This document shows, one piece after another, positions 47,897 to 58,025 of a DNA stretch of 64,000 nt. Source of the DNA: an uncultured Gammaproteobacteria bacterium (GTDB taxonomy: Bacteria; Pseudomonadota; Gammaproteobacteria; JAURND01); assembly GCA_963714975.1 (NCBI GenBank), contig CAVQQD010000002.1:800001-864000 (forward strand), written 5' to 3'. Within the stretch, counting starts at the first letter, position 1. Every line of letters starts with the position of its first letter. Position numbers and translations under genes: made by a program. The notes under the pieces were generated by a model, which saw only the letters and a list, made by a program, of their open reading frames with translations, was not told where the DNA came from and searched no databases.

Positions 47897-50224
47897 GTGA
47901 TATTTATGAGCTCTGATATCACAGCACAAGAAGTAACTTCTCCTCGCAAGCTTTTTGCTATCCCCTTGTTGTCTACTAGGTTAGACCCTACTGTAGAAAC
48001 GAAAGAAAACTCAAGTACTCCCACTCAAGAATACACACTACTTAGGGAAAAGGATAAACAAAGCAGCGATGAGCGTTCTGCTTTTATTAATGGCAAGGTC
48101 GGAGCCCTAGATGTTCTCACCCTGACCCCTATAATTCGCCTAGGTGATCAAGTATTTACTAAGCTTTTCACTGATAGAATGCCACTCACGGAATTTTTGA
48201 ATGAAAATCCTGAGTGTGTCACGTTATTTATTGCCTTAGCTTTAGCTGGGATTTATTGTTATTACCGATTAAATGAAGCCAGAGAACTAAAGAATAGCCC
48301 AACTAGACTGGCAAAACGCCTTGAGGAAAAAAAACTAAGATTTTATGGTGAAGCAACATTGGCGGCTTATCAACAATCAGTGCAATATATCTATGATCAT
48401 GATTTAGAACTGAAAAATGCCTATCACAACATTGCCGTGGAAGTTATTCCTGACCAGCAGGGCAACACGCACATTTGCTTAATCCCAACCCCTAGTTCGA
48501 AACCTATCTTGCCAGAACCTGAAAGAAATACCCTTGAAGAAAAATTCGTCGACAAAATTAAGGTGGTGGCGCCTCTGGGTTATGCAGTTTGGTATGCGGT
48601 TAATTTTCCTGCAGTTAATTATTGGATTGGCTGGGGTTTTCGCGGCGTTCTTCAAACAGGTGGTCTTGATATTGGCTTCAGCACTGGACTTGATCCCTAT
48701 TTTGTAGCATTTGGGGTGGTGATACCGGTCTTAATGGCAATAGGCCTATATGCGCCAAAATTTGCTAATTATGTGAATAATAATTACGGCATTAAGAGTT
48801 CTGCATGGAAATCGCTAGATAAGACCTTGCTTAAACCCATACCTAATCCAGTACAAAATAAATGGCTCCGCTTTCCGGCTTATATACTGCTTGGTTTGAT
48901 TGATCACATTCGTTCTATTGTCGGGGTAATTCCTGCAGTGTTGATGGCAAGTTATTGCAAATTAACCCAAGAGCCTCTCAAGAAAGAATCCGAGCAGAAA
49001 CGCAAGGCACAAGTCGAAAAGGATATGGCGGAGGTGATGCGACGGGTTTTCTTGCTTGATGCCTATAAAAATGCGGGCTTGAAATTAGATTTAGAAATTC
49101 CAGAAGTCAGTTCTGAAAATTCTGACAACCAGTCGAAACTAGTAACTACTGATAGCACAAATGCAGCTGCTCTGCAGTCTATGTACGCTGCTAACAATCC
49201 AGCAAATCCACCAGGCGCATTTTTGGCGTTTTTTTTACTTAAATCCGCCCAGGCTTACGTGTGGATTGAGTTTACTTGGTGGTGGATGTCCGATGTCCAT
49301 AGTATGCATTATTTGGGGATGAATCCAGATTGCGATCTTTATGAGAAAGATTTTTTTAATAACTCAACCATGGCCTGGTTGCTGATAGGAATTGCTTTTT
49401 TTTATGGGATATGCGCTGTTATTCACAGAGAAAAAGATTCATTGCGGATCGAGGAAAAACGAGCGGAATTAATCAAGCTCCAGCAACTCAAATCAAAAAT
49501 TACTCAATTGGAACAAGATCCTGAATTGATGAGGGTGTTGGCTGAAAATCCTGCCTATCAAAAATGTCCGGAAAATAACGACCCTTATTACGCGAAAGAT
49601 CTTGAAATTACTTATAAGCAACCGAAGCGCCATTATCTAGCGTTTTATTTTGTTTTTATGCTTGGTTTCGGTGCTTTGCAGGGAGGCTATTGGATTGGCA
49701 GGGGATTTAATATTGGAGGGACAGCCAATATGATGTTTACCGATAAGCCTTGGTTGCTGCATACAGATTATTTTTCCCATTCAAAGGTTGGTCAAAATTG
49801 GGCTATTTTTCTAACCTGTACCGCTATAGCATTTCTTTATACCACAGGAACCTGGTATTTTAATCGGAAGGATCTAGAAATAGAGAATTTTTTAGATAAT
49901 TATGGGGGTACTCGCTTGAATCTCCAGGCCCAAGCTGATTTGATGGAGCAAACTGCTTTATTGCAACAAAAAAAGGCAAATGAGAAACCAGTAGGCAATA
50001 CTCCTTCTACCGAATTGGATACATCCTCCAGTGAAGAGGGTAATACGCCAAAAAGTCGTAATAGCTCCTCACCGTCGCAAAATGGCAGACCCCCAACACC
50101 CATGACGAATTTATTGACAGCAGTTGGATCATTTCCTAATCCTAAAATGCCGAAAGGAGCAGCACCTGCGACAAACAACCAGTTGAATCGGATCTCTATT
50201 GAAACGACTTTACCTTTTAACTAG
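47897..50224 (+). CDS. Hypothetical multi-pass membrane protein, effector-like
   Basis: 775 aa with several TM segments, coiled coils and a Ser/Pro-rich disordered tail; no family recognised. Confidence 0.75.
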   Translation: MIFMSSDITAQEVTSPRKLFAIPLLSTRLDPTVETKENSSTPTQEYTLLREKDKQSSDERSAFINGKVGALDVLTLTPIIRLGDQVFTKLFTDRMPLTEFLNENPECVTLFIALALAGIYCYYRLNEARELKNSPTRLAKRLEEKKLRFYGEATLAAYQQSVQYIYDHDLELKNAYHNIAVEVIPDQQGNTHICLIPTPSSKPILPEPERNTLEEKFVDKIKVVAPLGYAVWYAVNFPAVNYWIGWGFRGVLQTGGLDIGFSTGLDPYFVAFGVVIPVLMAIGLYAPKFANYVNNNYGIKSSAWKSLDKTLLKPIPNPVQNKWLRFPAYILLGLIDHIRSIVGVIPAVLMASYCKLTQEPLKKESEQKRKAQVEKDMAEVMRRVFLLDAYKNAGLKLDLEIPEVSSENSDNQSKLVTTDSTNAAALQSMYAANNPANPPGAFLAFFLLKSAQAYVWIEFTWWWMSDVHSMHYLGMNPDCDLYEKDFFNNSTMAWLLIGIAFFYGICAVIHREKDSLRIEEKRAELIKLQQLKSKITQLEQDPELMRVLAENPAYQKCPENNDPYYAKDLEITYKQPKRHYLAFYFVFMLGFGALQGGYWIGRGFNIGGTANMMFTDKPWLLHTDYFSHSKVGQNWAIFLTCTAIAFLYTTGTWYFNRKDLEIENFLDNYGGTRLNLQAQADLMEQTALLQQKKANEKPVGNTPSTELDTSSSEEGNTPKSRNSSSPSQNGRPPTPMTNLLTAVGSFPNPKMPKGAAPATNNQLNRISIETTLPFN

Positions 50225-50284
50225 TACTCCTTGCCATTATATCCTAGAATAATCCCTCTTCTGCACCCTAGAGGTACTTTTATT

Positions 50285-51730
50285 ATGACTGCATCTTCCT
50301 TAGCCCTTGTTGAAGAAACCCTGCTAAATCCAGGTGGTTTAACCAATCATATGTTAGAAAATGTGCTCAATAATCTCCTGAGCACAAGCATTGATTATGC
50401 CGATCTGTTTATGCAATCAGCTCATTATGAGTCCTGGGTGCTAGAAGATAGCCTGGTGAAACACGGCAGTTTTAATATTGATTGTGGTGTTGGGTTAAGA
50501 GCAATCAGCGGTGAAAAAACCGGTTTTGCTTATTCGGATGAATTGCGGCTCCCCGCTTTAGAACAAGCGGCCAGAGCGGCGCGCAGCATTGCTTTGCAAG
50601 GTGGCTCCTCGCAAGCCGTAACACCCAGTAAATTAGTGCAGTCCCGCCAGCTTTATCCCATCATCAATCCCTTAGATACCTTGAAGGAGCAAGATAAAAT
50701 TAATTTATTGATGCAAATTGATGCCAAGGCCAGAAGGCTTGATTCTCGCATTACCCGAGTGAATGCCAGTTTAAATTCTGTATACGAAATGGTGCTAATC
50801 ATTAGTAGTGATGGCGTATATTCCTGGGATATTCGCCCGTTGGTGCGGTTGAACGTGAGTGTCATCGCAGAAAGCCACCACCGACGTGAGCAAGGATCTT
50901 CAGGTGGGGGCGGTAGAGGGGGATATTCTTTGCTTTTAGAGCAAGACCTGGTAACGCGCTACACCGAAGAAGCGGTGCGTCAAGCATTAATTAATTTAGA
51001 AGCCAAAGAAGCGCCTGCCGGCGTTTTTCCTGTGGTTTTGGGCCCTGGTTGGCCTGGAGTGTTATTGCATGAAGCGATAGGTCATGGTTTAGAGGGAGAT
51101 TTTAATCGCCGAGGCTCATCTGCCTTTACCGGAAGAATAGGCGAGCGAGTTGCTACCCCAGGGTGCACCGTCGTAGATGATGGAACGTTGCCAGGTCGAC
51201 GTGGCTCTTTAAATATTGATGATGAAGGCACCCCGACCCAGTGTACGGTGTTAATTGAAAATGGCATTTTGAAAGGCTATATGCAGGACAAACACAATGC
51301 ACGTTTAATGGGAGTACAATCGACAGGTAATGGTCGGCGTGATTCTTATTCACATTTGCCGTTACCGCGCATGACCAATACTTATATGTTGCCAGGAAGC
51401 TATGCTCCAGAAGAAATTATTGCCTCAGTAGATCACGGTATTTATGCAGTAAATTTTTCTGGCGGCCAGGTGGATATTACCTCAGGAAAATTTGTATTTA
51501 CTACCAGTGAAGCTTATATGATTGAAAAAGGTCGTGTTACTTATCCAGTGAAAGGGGCTACCTTAATTGGTAATGGCCCGGAGATACTATTAGGAGTCAG
51601 CATGGTTGGTAATGACTTGGAGTTAGATTCTGGAGTCGGGGTATGTGGCAAAGACGGGCAAAGCGTACCGGTGGGAGTAGGGCAGCCTACTTTACGGGTG
51701 GATGCTTTGACTGTAGGTGGAACTAGCTAA
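50285..51730 (+). CDS. tldD: Metalloprotease TldD
   Basis: [37 protein letters not shown]. Confidence 0.96.
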   Translation: MTASSLALVEETLLNPGGLTNHMLENVLNNLLSTSIDYADLFMQSAHYESWVLEDSLVKHGSFNIDCGVGLRAISGEKTGFAYSDELRLPALEQAARAARSIALQGGSSQAVTPSKLVQSRQLYPIINPLDTLKEQDKINLLMQIDAKARRLDSRITRVNASLNSVYEMVLIISSDGVYSWDIRPLVRLNVSVIAESHHRREQGSSGGGGRGGYSLLLEQDLVTRYTEEAVRQALINLEAKEAPAGVFPVVLGPGWPGVLLHEAIGHGLEGDFNRRGSSAFTGRIGERVATPGCTVVDDGTLPGRRGSLNIDDEGTPTQCTVLIENGILKGYMQDKHNARLMGVQSTGNGRRDSYSHLPLPRMTNTYMLPGSYAPEEIIASVDHGIYAVNFSGGQVDITSGKFVFTTSEAYMIEKGRVTYPVKGATLIGNGPEILLGVSMVGNDLELDSGVGVCGKDGQSVPVGVGQPTLRVDALTVGGTS

Positions 51731-51791
51731 GCCCCCTCTCCCCCGCCTGAGCGCCAGCGAAGGAAGGTGGGAGAGGGTTAGGGAGAGGGGG
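51731..51791. repeat. CCCTCTCCC...GGGAGAGGG palindromic repeat
   Basis: GCCCCCTCTCCCCC ... GGGAGAGGGTTAGGGAGAGGGGG. Confidence 0.75.
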
Positions 51792-51792
51792 T

Positions 51793-52941
51793 ATGAAAGA
51801 AGTCGCATTTAATAAGCCTTTTTTGACAGGTCGCGAGCAGGATTATATTTTACAAGCCTGTCAGCTTAATAAATTATCAGGTGATGGTGGTTTTACTAAA
51901 AAATGCCAAGCTTGGTTAGAGCAGTACACCGGCTCGCCCAAGGTTCTGTTAACCCAATCTGGCACAGCAGCGCTTGAGATGGCGGCAATCTTAATCGACA
52001 CCCAACCGGGTGATGAGATTATCATGCCTTCCTTCACCTTTGTATCAACGGCCAATGCTTTCTTATTGCGAGGAGGAGTGCCGGTTTTTGTTGATGTACG
52101 CGCAGATACCCTCAATCTTGACGAAACCCAAATTGAAGCCGCCATCACCCCCAAAACTAAGGCGATTGTGCCTGTGCATTATGCTGGAGTAGGCTGTCAC
52201 ATGGAAGCCATTTTGGCGATTGCCGAACGGCATAATCTCTATGTGATCGGAGACGCTGCGCAAGGCATGCTGGCTTCGTACCAACATAAGCCACTAGCGG
52301 GTTGGGGCCATTTAGCGGCGGTAAGTTTTCATGATACAAAACACATTATTTCTGGGGAGGGGGGTGCATTATTCATTAATGACCCTAAGTTTATTGAAAG
52401 AGCGGAAATTATCCGTGAAAAAGGGACAGACCGCAGTCGATTTGTTCGTGGAGAAATTGATAAGTATACTTGGCAAGATATCGGTTCTTCCTTTTTGCCC
52501 AGTGAACTCATGGCTGCTTTTTTATTGGCACAGCTCGAAGCAGCTGAATCTATTGTTTCTCGCCGTTTACAAATTTGGCATCGCTATGCCCAAGAATTGC
52601 AAGCTTTAGTCCGGCAAAATTTATTACGTGGTCCCATTATTCCTGACGATTGCCAACATAATGCACATATGTATTATTTGTTGCTGCCGGATAGTCAAAA
52701 GCGTGCTGAATTGAGAATTTTTCTACAAGATCAAGGAATTGCTACTGCCACGCATTATGTTCCTCTGCACAGTTCTCCTGCAGGCAGTCGTTATGCAAGA
52801 TCTCACGGTGACTTACCTCAAACTAATCATTTATCAGATCGCTTATTACGTTTACCGCTATGGATTGGCGTGGAGCAGCAGATGGATTCTATTATTCACT
52901 TGATACAACAATGGGCGCATGGTATAAAGTTGCTTCTTTAA
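51793..52941 (+). CDS. wecE: dTDP-4-amino-4,6-dideoxygalactose transaminase
   Basis: SGDGGFTKKC, SGTAALEMAA, SFHDTK, EKGTDRSRF..GEIDKYTW, HYVPLHSSP. Confidence 0.92.
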   Translation: MKEVAFNKPFLTGREQDYILQACQLNKLSGDGGFTKKCQAWLEQYTGSPKVLLTQSGTAALEMAAILIDTQPGDEIIMPSFTFVSTANAFLLRGGVPVFVDVRADTLNLDETQIEAAITPKTKAIVPVHYAGVGCHMEAILAIAERHNLYVIGDAAQGMLASYQHKPLAGWGHLAAVSFHDTKHIISGEGGALFINDPKFIERAEIIREKGTDRSRFVRGEIDKYTWQDIGSSFLPSELMAAFLLAQLEAAESIVSRRLQIWHRYAQELQALVRQNLLRGPIIPDDCQHNAHMYYLLLPDSQKRAELRIFLQDQGIATATHYVPLHSSPAGSRYARSHGDLPQTNHLSDRLLRLPLWIGVEQQMDSIIHLIQQWAHGIKLLL

Positions 52942-53001
52942 ATTGGTGGGCAAAATTTGGATGCTCAATTTTCGTTTACTAAATGGAATATGAGGAAAAT
53001 T

Positions 53002-53304
53002 ATGGCTGAGAAAAAAAAGGCAGAGAGAAAAAGCAAGAATGATCTTGTGAATACCATTGCCGAAGCAAATGGTTTGACAAAATCGTTGGCAACTAAAATT
53101 CTTGACTCCACTTTTGAAACCATCCAAGACTGGGTAGCAAGTGGCAAAGAACTTAATATCATTGGATTTGGTACATTTACCTTCAGTAATCGAGAAGAGC
53201 GCACAGGTAAAAACCCTTTGACTGGAGCAATGATTACCATTGCTGCCTCTAGGTTACCAAAATTTAAAGCGGGTAAAGCATTTAAAGACGCAGTGAACAA
53301 GTAA
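53002..53304 (+). CDS. hupB: HU-family DNA-binding protein
   Basis: IGFGTF, RTGKNPLTG, PKFKAGKAFKDAVN; upstream of tRNA-Val/Asp and ppiD. Confidence 0.9.
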   Translation: MAEKKKAERKSKNDLVNTIAEANGLTKSLATKILDSTFETIQDWVASGKELNIIGFGTFTFSNREERTGKNPLTGAMITIAASRLPKFKAGKAFKDAVNK

Positions 53305-53316
53305 GAACTATTTTAT

Positions 53317-53432
53317 AACTCGCCAGGCTGAGCTGTAGATTGCTTTTTTGAGAACCGTAGCGCAGCATACAATTTAGTATGTGAGCAACGGATCGCAAAA
53401 AATCAGCAAGATACAGCCAGCATAGGAGAGTT
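53317..53432. repeat. RPE-like palindromic element
   Basis: Core GCAGCATACAATTTAGTATGTGAGCA flanked by complementary arms (GCTG..TTGCTTTTTTG / CAAAAAATCAGCAA..CAGC). Confidence 0.5.
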
Positions 53433-53433
53433 A

Positions 53434-53509
53434 GGGTGCTTAGCTCAGCTGGTAGAGCATCGCCCTTACAAGGCGAGGGTCGTAGGTTCGAGCCCTACAG
53501 CACCCACCA
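53434..53509 (+). tRNA. tRNA-Val (TAC)
   Basis: GGGTGCTTAGCTCAG...CCTTACAAGG...GTTCGAG...CACCCACCA. Confidence 0.97.
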
Positions 53510-53525
53510 TATTTTATGCGGTTTT

Positions 53526-53602
53526 GGAGTGGTAGTTCAGCTGGTTAGAATACCGGCCTGTCACGCCGGGGGTCGCGGGTTCGAGTCCCGTCCACTCCGC
53601 CA
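53526..53602 (+). tRNA. tRNA-Asp (GTC)
   Basis: GGAGTGGTAGTTCAG...CCTGTCACG...GTTCGAGTCCCGTCCACTCCGCCA. Confidence 0.97.
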
Positions 53603-53697
53603 TTTGGCTTTCCAATAAAGACCAAAGGGTAACAAGACACAAATAAGGTCGTGAATTAATTTCCCGCCCACGCCATTTTCATTGAAGTGAATCAAAA

Positions 53698-55275
53698 ATG
53701 TTGCAAAATTTAAGGCAGCACGCCCAGGGTTGGATTGCAGGCATTATTGTAGCCATTCTTTGCCTGGCCTTTGCTTTATGGGGGGTTGAATATTACGTTA
53801 CCCAAAGTCAGACCACTTCAGCGGTCGCCAAGGTAAATGGTGTCAAAATTACTCAAGAAGAGTGGGATTCTGCTTATCGTCGCTTACGCCAACAACAAAA
53901 ACTGCCAGAAGAGTCAGGGGCGCTTAGTGAGGCGATGCAAAAACAGCTACAAACCGTGGCATTAAATAAATTAATTGCCCAGCAAGTATTGTCTGATGCG
54001 GCAACCCGAGAAGGATTTAGCATCAGTCCAGAACAATTGGGTTCCATCATCGCGCAAACTCCTGTCTTTCAAGAAAATGGTCAGTTTTCTCCGTGGCGCT
54101 ACCAACAACTGGTTAGACAGTTGTATCCTTCAGAACAAGAGTTTCTAGCGGCACTCAAGCAAGAAGCCTTAATTTGGCAACCTAAGATTGGCATAGAGAC
54201 CAGTGCTTTTGTACTGCCTGAAGAATTAGACCGGGTCCTGGCCTTGCTTTTGCAGAAGCGTAATTTTGCTTATCTGCTTATACCGGCTGCTGCTTTTTTA
54301 TCACAAGTTGCAGTTAATCCTGATGAAATTAAAGCTTATTATTCAGCTCACCAAGATCGTTTTTTAAGCCCGGAACAGCTGAGCTTGCAATATATTGAGC
54401 TGTCAGCTCCTGCACTCAGCAACGCAGCCAATGTCAACGAAAATGAAATTAATCAATATTATCAAGAACATGCGAGTGATTTTTCTGGAAAATCCGTAGC
54501 TCAAGTCCACGATGAAATTGCGAAAAATCTACGTCAACAAAAAACAGAACAATTACTGGTAGAAAAAACAGATCAATTAGCCAACCTAGCTTATACGAAC
54601 CCTGATACTTTAACGGCTGCGGCTCAAGCCACAGGATTACCGATAAAAACTACTGGCTTTTTTGCTCGAGGTGCACGAACAGGTATAATGGCTAATCCGA
54701 AGATTGTTATGGCGGCTTTTAGCGATACGGTATTAAAACAACGTAATAATAGCGATATTATTCCCCTGGATAATCAAAGCGTTATTGTGCTGCGAGTGGG
54801 TAGTTATAAACCGCCGCAACTACAGCCAATCGCGGAAGTAACCCCACTGATTCAAGAACAGTTGCAGAAGATTGCAGCCCAGAAAAAAGCCCAAGTTTTA
54901 GGCAATACTATTTTGACCGAGTTAAAACAAGGCGCTGCTTTAACTGCAGTAGCGGCAAAGCAACATGTCACTTGGAAAGAGGGGAATGGCATCATGCGCG
55001 ATCATCCTGCAGATGTGCCTGCCGACATTGTGCAATTTGGGTTTACCTTGGCAAAACCTACAGAAAAAATGCCCAGTTTTGCTGCAACAGCTTTAAGTAA
55101 TGGTGATTATGTTGTGGTAGCGTTACTTAAGATTGAAAATGCTGTTCCCAGTAACGTAGCTGCAGCAGAACGTCAACGCATCCGAGCGGATTTGGCTTCG
55201 CAGCAGGGCCAGCTCGATTATCTGCAATATGTCACAGCAGCTATGCACGAAGCCAAAATAAAGCAGTCCCGCTGA
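53698..55275 (+). CDS. ppiD: PpiD-like periplasmic chaperone (SurA-N domain; parvulin domain apparently missing)
   Basis: MLQNLRQHAQGW..FALWGV, VAKVNG, FQENGQFS; canonical position after HU and tRNAs. Confidence 0.85.
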   Translation: MLQNLRQHAQGWIAGIIVAILCLAFALWGVEYYVTQSQTTSAVAKVNGVKITQEEWDSAYRRLRQQQKLPEESGALSEAMQKQLQTVALNKLIAQQVLSDAATREGFSISPEQLGSIIAQTPVFQENGQFSPWRYQQLVRQLYPSEQEFLAALKQEALIWQPKIGIETSAFVLPEELDRVLALLLQKRNFAYLLIPAAAFLSQVAVNPDEIKAYYSAHQDRFLSPEQLSLQYIELSAPALSNAANVNENEINQYYQEHASDFSGKSVAQVHDEIAKNLRQQKTEQLLVEKTDQLANLAYTNPDTLTAAAQATGLPIKTTGFFARGARTGIMANPKIVMAAFSDTVLKQRNNSDIIPLDNQSVIVLRVGSYKPPQLQPIAEVTPLIQEQLQKIAAQKKAQVLGNTILTELKQGAALTAVAAKQHVTWKEGNGIMRDHPADVPADIVQFGFTLAKPTEKMPSFAATALSNGDYVVVALLKIENAVPSNVAAAERQRIRADLASQQGQLDYLQYVTAAMHEAKIKQSR

Positions 55276-55380
55276 TCTGGTCCCGCCCCTCCCCAGCGTG
55301 TTAAGGCACAAGCCTAACCTCCTGAAGAGCTACGAGCACAGCGGATTGTCCGCGCTAAATCCCTTCAGCGGAGAGCTGGA

Positions 55381-55638
55381 TCAAGCAATTTCAATACTCA
55401 GCGCATGGATTTCTTGGTCCATTAAGTGGCCTAGGGCTCGATAGATCAAGCGATGGCAGGCGACAGGGCTAAGAGAGGTAAATTGGGGAGAGGAGATAAC
55501 CAACTTAAAATGCCCGGCACCCCCACTAGCCCCTGCATGGCCAACATGAAATTGGCTCTGATCGATAATTTCTAATCGAGTAGGGGAGAGTGCCTGGAGT
55601 TGGTCTTGTATAGTCTTAATGCGTTGTTCTGGATTCAT
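55381..55638 (-). CDS. bolA: BolA-family protein
   Basis: DQSQFHVGH, GHF, HRLIY, IHALSI; start at ATG 55638 overlapping the yciB stop. Confidence 0.9.
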   Translation of the reverse strand: MNPEQRIKTIQDQLQALSPTRLEIIDQSQFHVGHAGASGGAGHFKLVISSPQFTSLSPVACHRLIYRALGHLMDQEIHALSIEIA

Positions 55639-56177
55639 TTCGTTTCTCGCTGCGGTTTTAGGTATTTTGCCATATAAATTGCTTGAGCAATCAGGAAAAG
55701 CAAAGTCATTCCCATGGTGCCAAATAGCTTGAAATTGACCCAAGTTGAAGTGCTGAAGTTATATAACACATAAATGTTGAGCGCCCCCATCAAGGCAAAG
55801 AACCAAATCCAGCTTAAGTTTAAACGTCGCCAGACTAAAGTTGGTAAAGTCAATTTCCCATCCAAGAGCCTTTGAATTAAGGTTTTTTGTCCAATATAAC
55901 GACTTGTCAAGAAAAGTAACGCAAATACCCAATAAATAGCTGTGGGCTTCCATTTAATGAATAATTCATTATGCAATAATAGGGTAGACCCACCCAGCAA
56001 AATTACCATGGCTAAGGTGATCAGGTGCAGGCTTTCAAAGCGGCGATAGATCAGCCAATAAGCTGCGACTTGCACTAAAGAGGCTGCCATAGTGACTGCG
56101 GTAGCGATAAAAATGCCAAATAATTTAAAGGCAATAAAAAAGAGCAGAATGGGGAAGAAGTCAAAGAGAAGTTTCAT
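55635..56177 (-). CDS. yciB: Inner-membrane septation protein YciB/IspZ
   Basis: MKLLFDFFP, FIKWKPT, WVNFKLFG. Confidence 0.95.
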   Translation of the reverse strand: MKLLFDFFPILLFFIAFKLFGIFIATAVTMAASLVQVAAYWLIYRRFESLHLITLAMVILLGGSTLLLHNELFIKWKPTAIYWVFALLFLTSRYIGQKTLIQRLLDGKLTLPTLVWRRLNLSWIWFFALMGALNIYVLYNFSTSTWVNFKLFGTMGMTLLFLIAQAIYMAKYLKPQRETK

Positions 56178-56250
56178 TAAAATATTTTCCAGCGTAAAAA
56201 GTTGCAATAAAACACTGCCAGATTATATCATAACCTGAGGAGATTGTCCC

Positions 56251-56871
56251 ATGACCCAAGTAATACAAATTCATCCCTTGCATCCCCAGCACAGGCTGAT
56301 CAACCAAGCCGTCGCCCTGATTCGCAAAGGCGGAGTGATTGCCTATCCTACGGATTCTACCTATGCGCTAGGGTGTCGGCTTGGTGATTCGCAAGCTACC
56401 GATCGGATCAAATCCTTACGTCAATTGCCCAAAAATCACCACTTTACATTGGTTTGTCAAAGCCTTTCAGAATTAAGTAGCTATGCCTATGTGAACAACT
56501 CAACGTTCCGTTTACTCAAGGCCCACACTCCAGGACCTTATACCTTCATTTTACCTGCTAGTTCCGAAGTCCCACGGCGTTTACAACACCCCAGGCGTAA
56601 AACCATAGGTCTGCGAGTACCGATAAATAACATTGCCCAAGAGATTTTAAAGGTATTAGGAGAGCCCTTAATGAGTGTCACATTAATGCTCCCTGGAGAA
56701 GAGTGGCCACTAGCCTATGCCGATGAAATTTATCAGCGCTTAGCTGGCAAGCTGGATTTAATTATTGATGGAGGCTCTTGTGGGACAGAATTCAGTACCG
56801 TCGTTGATCTAACAGAAGGTGCTCCTCGCTTGATTAGGGTCGGTAAGGGGGATGCAACTCCTTTCGAATAA
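56251..56871 (+). CDS. yciO: SUA5/YciO-family threonylcarbamoyl-AMP synthase-like protein
   Basis: YPTDSTY, HHFTL, TPGPYTFIL, RKTIGLRVP. Confidence 0.9.
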   Translation: MTQVIQIHPLHPQHRLINQAVALIRKGGVIAYPTDSTYALGCRLGDSQATDRIKSLRQLPKNHHFTLVCQSLSELSSYAYVNNSTFRLLKAHTPGPYTFILPASSEVPRRLQHPRRKTIGLRVPINNIAQEILKVLGEPLMSVTLMLPGEEWPLAYADEIYQRLAGKLDLIIDGGSCGTEFSTVVDLTEGAPRLIRVGKGDATPFE

Positions 56872-56882
56872 ACTTAGCAATA

Positions 56883-57020
56883 AAGTCTCCGGCCTTTAGG
56901 CCGGAGTAAATTTAGGCCAGGAAGGGGTGGGTGTGCGTCCCTTCCTGGCCCGCGACTTCGAAATCCCGGCCTTCAGACCGGGGTGAGTCGCTTCCTTCCG
57001 CCCTAAAGGGTGGGGTTTCT
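56883..57020. mobile_element. IS200/IS605-family end-hairpin remnants, no transposase
   Basis: CTCCGGCCTTTAGGCCGGAG, GAAATCCCGGCCTTCAGACCGGGG and TTCCTTCCGCCCTAAAGGGTGGGGTTTC hairpins. Confidence 0.55.
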
Positions 57021-57039
57021 GACCTCTAAGGAAATTGCG

Positions 57040-58017
57040 ATGAATAACATATATCCTTGGCAAGCAAAGCAGTGGCGACAAGCACTCACTTATGTGCAAG
57101 CTAATCGCTTACCATCAGGAGTATTATTAGTAGGACCCAAAGATATTGGTAAGACAACTTTTACTCAAGTATTTGCCAAACGTGTTTTATGTTCTACTCA
57201 AGAGGAATTTTCATGTGGGCTTTGTACCAGCTGTCAATTAATGCAGTCAGAAAGCCACCCAGATTTTATTGCACTTCAACCGGCAGCAGAAGGAAAAGTA
57301 ATTTCTGTTGATCAGGTGCGAGAAGTCGTTGCTAGTGTCAATCAAACCGCGCAGCAAAGTGGCTGGCGTGTCGTTATTATAACGCCTAGCGAAGCAATGA
57401 CCGTCGCTGCGGCCAATGCATTATTAAAGACCTTGGAAGAACCTCCAGCAAAAGTATTGTTCTTATTGGTAAGCCACCAATCGGCTTTGCTTCCAGCAAC
57501 GATACGGAGTCGTTGCCAGAAAATTATTTTTTCTGTGCCTACTCAAGAAATGAGCGCTAATTGGTTACAACAGCAGCTTTCCCAATCTTTTTGGAGTAAA
57601 ATCCCTGAGCTATTAACTTTAGCAGAAGGACTGCCATTGCGGGCATTGCTTTGGAGTGAAGAACAGCGCTTCACGGCGCGTGAATTAGTGCTTGATCATT
57701 TTATTAGAATGAACACAGGGATAATCAGCCCGACTGAAGCGGCCGCAATGGGTACACCGCTGGAGTTGGCGCTTATATTCGACACTTTATGGTCAATTTT
57801 TGCCGATTTATTGCGTTTAAAAGCAAATCCAGGGGGGGGGTTATTAACAAATTCCCACCAATCACACGCTTTGAAGCTAATTAGTACTAAGCTATCTTAT
57901 GAAAAGCTATTCGAATGTTTAGATGTAATGACGGAAATAATGCATTATATTCAACGCAATATTAATCTCAATGTTCAGCTGCTTTTGGAAAAGCTGTATA
58001 TTGCCATTATTACCTAA
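57040..58017 (+). CDS. holB: DNA polymerase III delta' subunit
   Basis: IYPWQ, Zn cysteines CGLCTSC, HPDF, AANALLKTLEEP, TIRSRC. Confidence 0.95.
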   Translation: MNNIYPWQAKQWRQALTYVQANRLPSGVLLVGPKDIGKTTFTQVFAKRVLCSTQEEFSCGLCTSCQLMQSESHPDFIALQPAAEGKVISVDQVREVVASVNQTAQQSGWRVVIITPSEAMTVAAANALLKTLEEPPAKVLFLLVSHQSALLPATIRSRCQKIIFSVPTQEMSANWLQQQLSQSFWSKIPELLTLAEGLPLRALLWSEEQRFTARELVLDHFIRMNTGIISPTEAAAMGTPLELALIFDTLWSIFADLLRLKANPGGGLLTNSHQSHALKLISTKLSYEKLFECLDVMTEIMHYIQRNINLNVQLLLEKLYIAIIT

Positions 58018-58025
58018 GGGATTTT

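Noticed and set aside
53436-53618. 60-aa ORF
   Set aside because: It overlaps tRNA-Val and tRNA-Asp.
57832-57840. G9 tract as a phase-variation switch (also G9 at 8870-8878)
   Set aside because: One is in frame inside essential holB; the other is intergenic between convergent genes.
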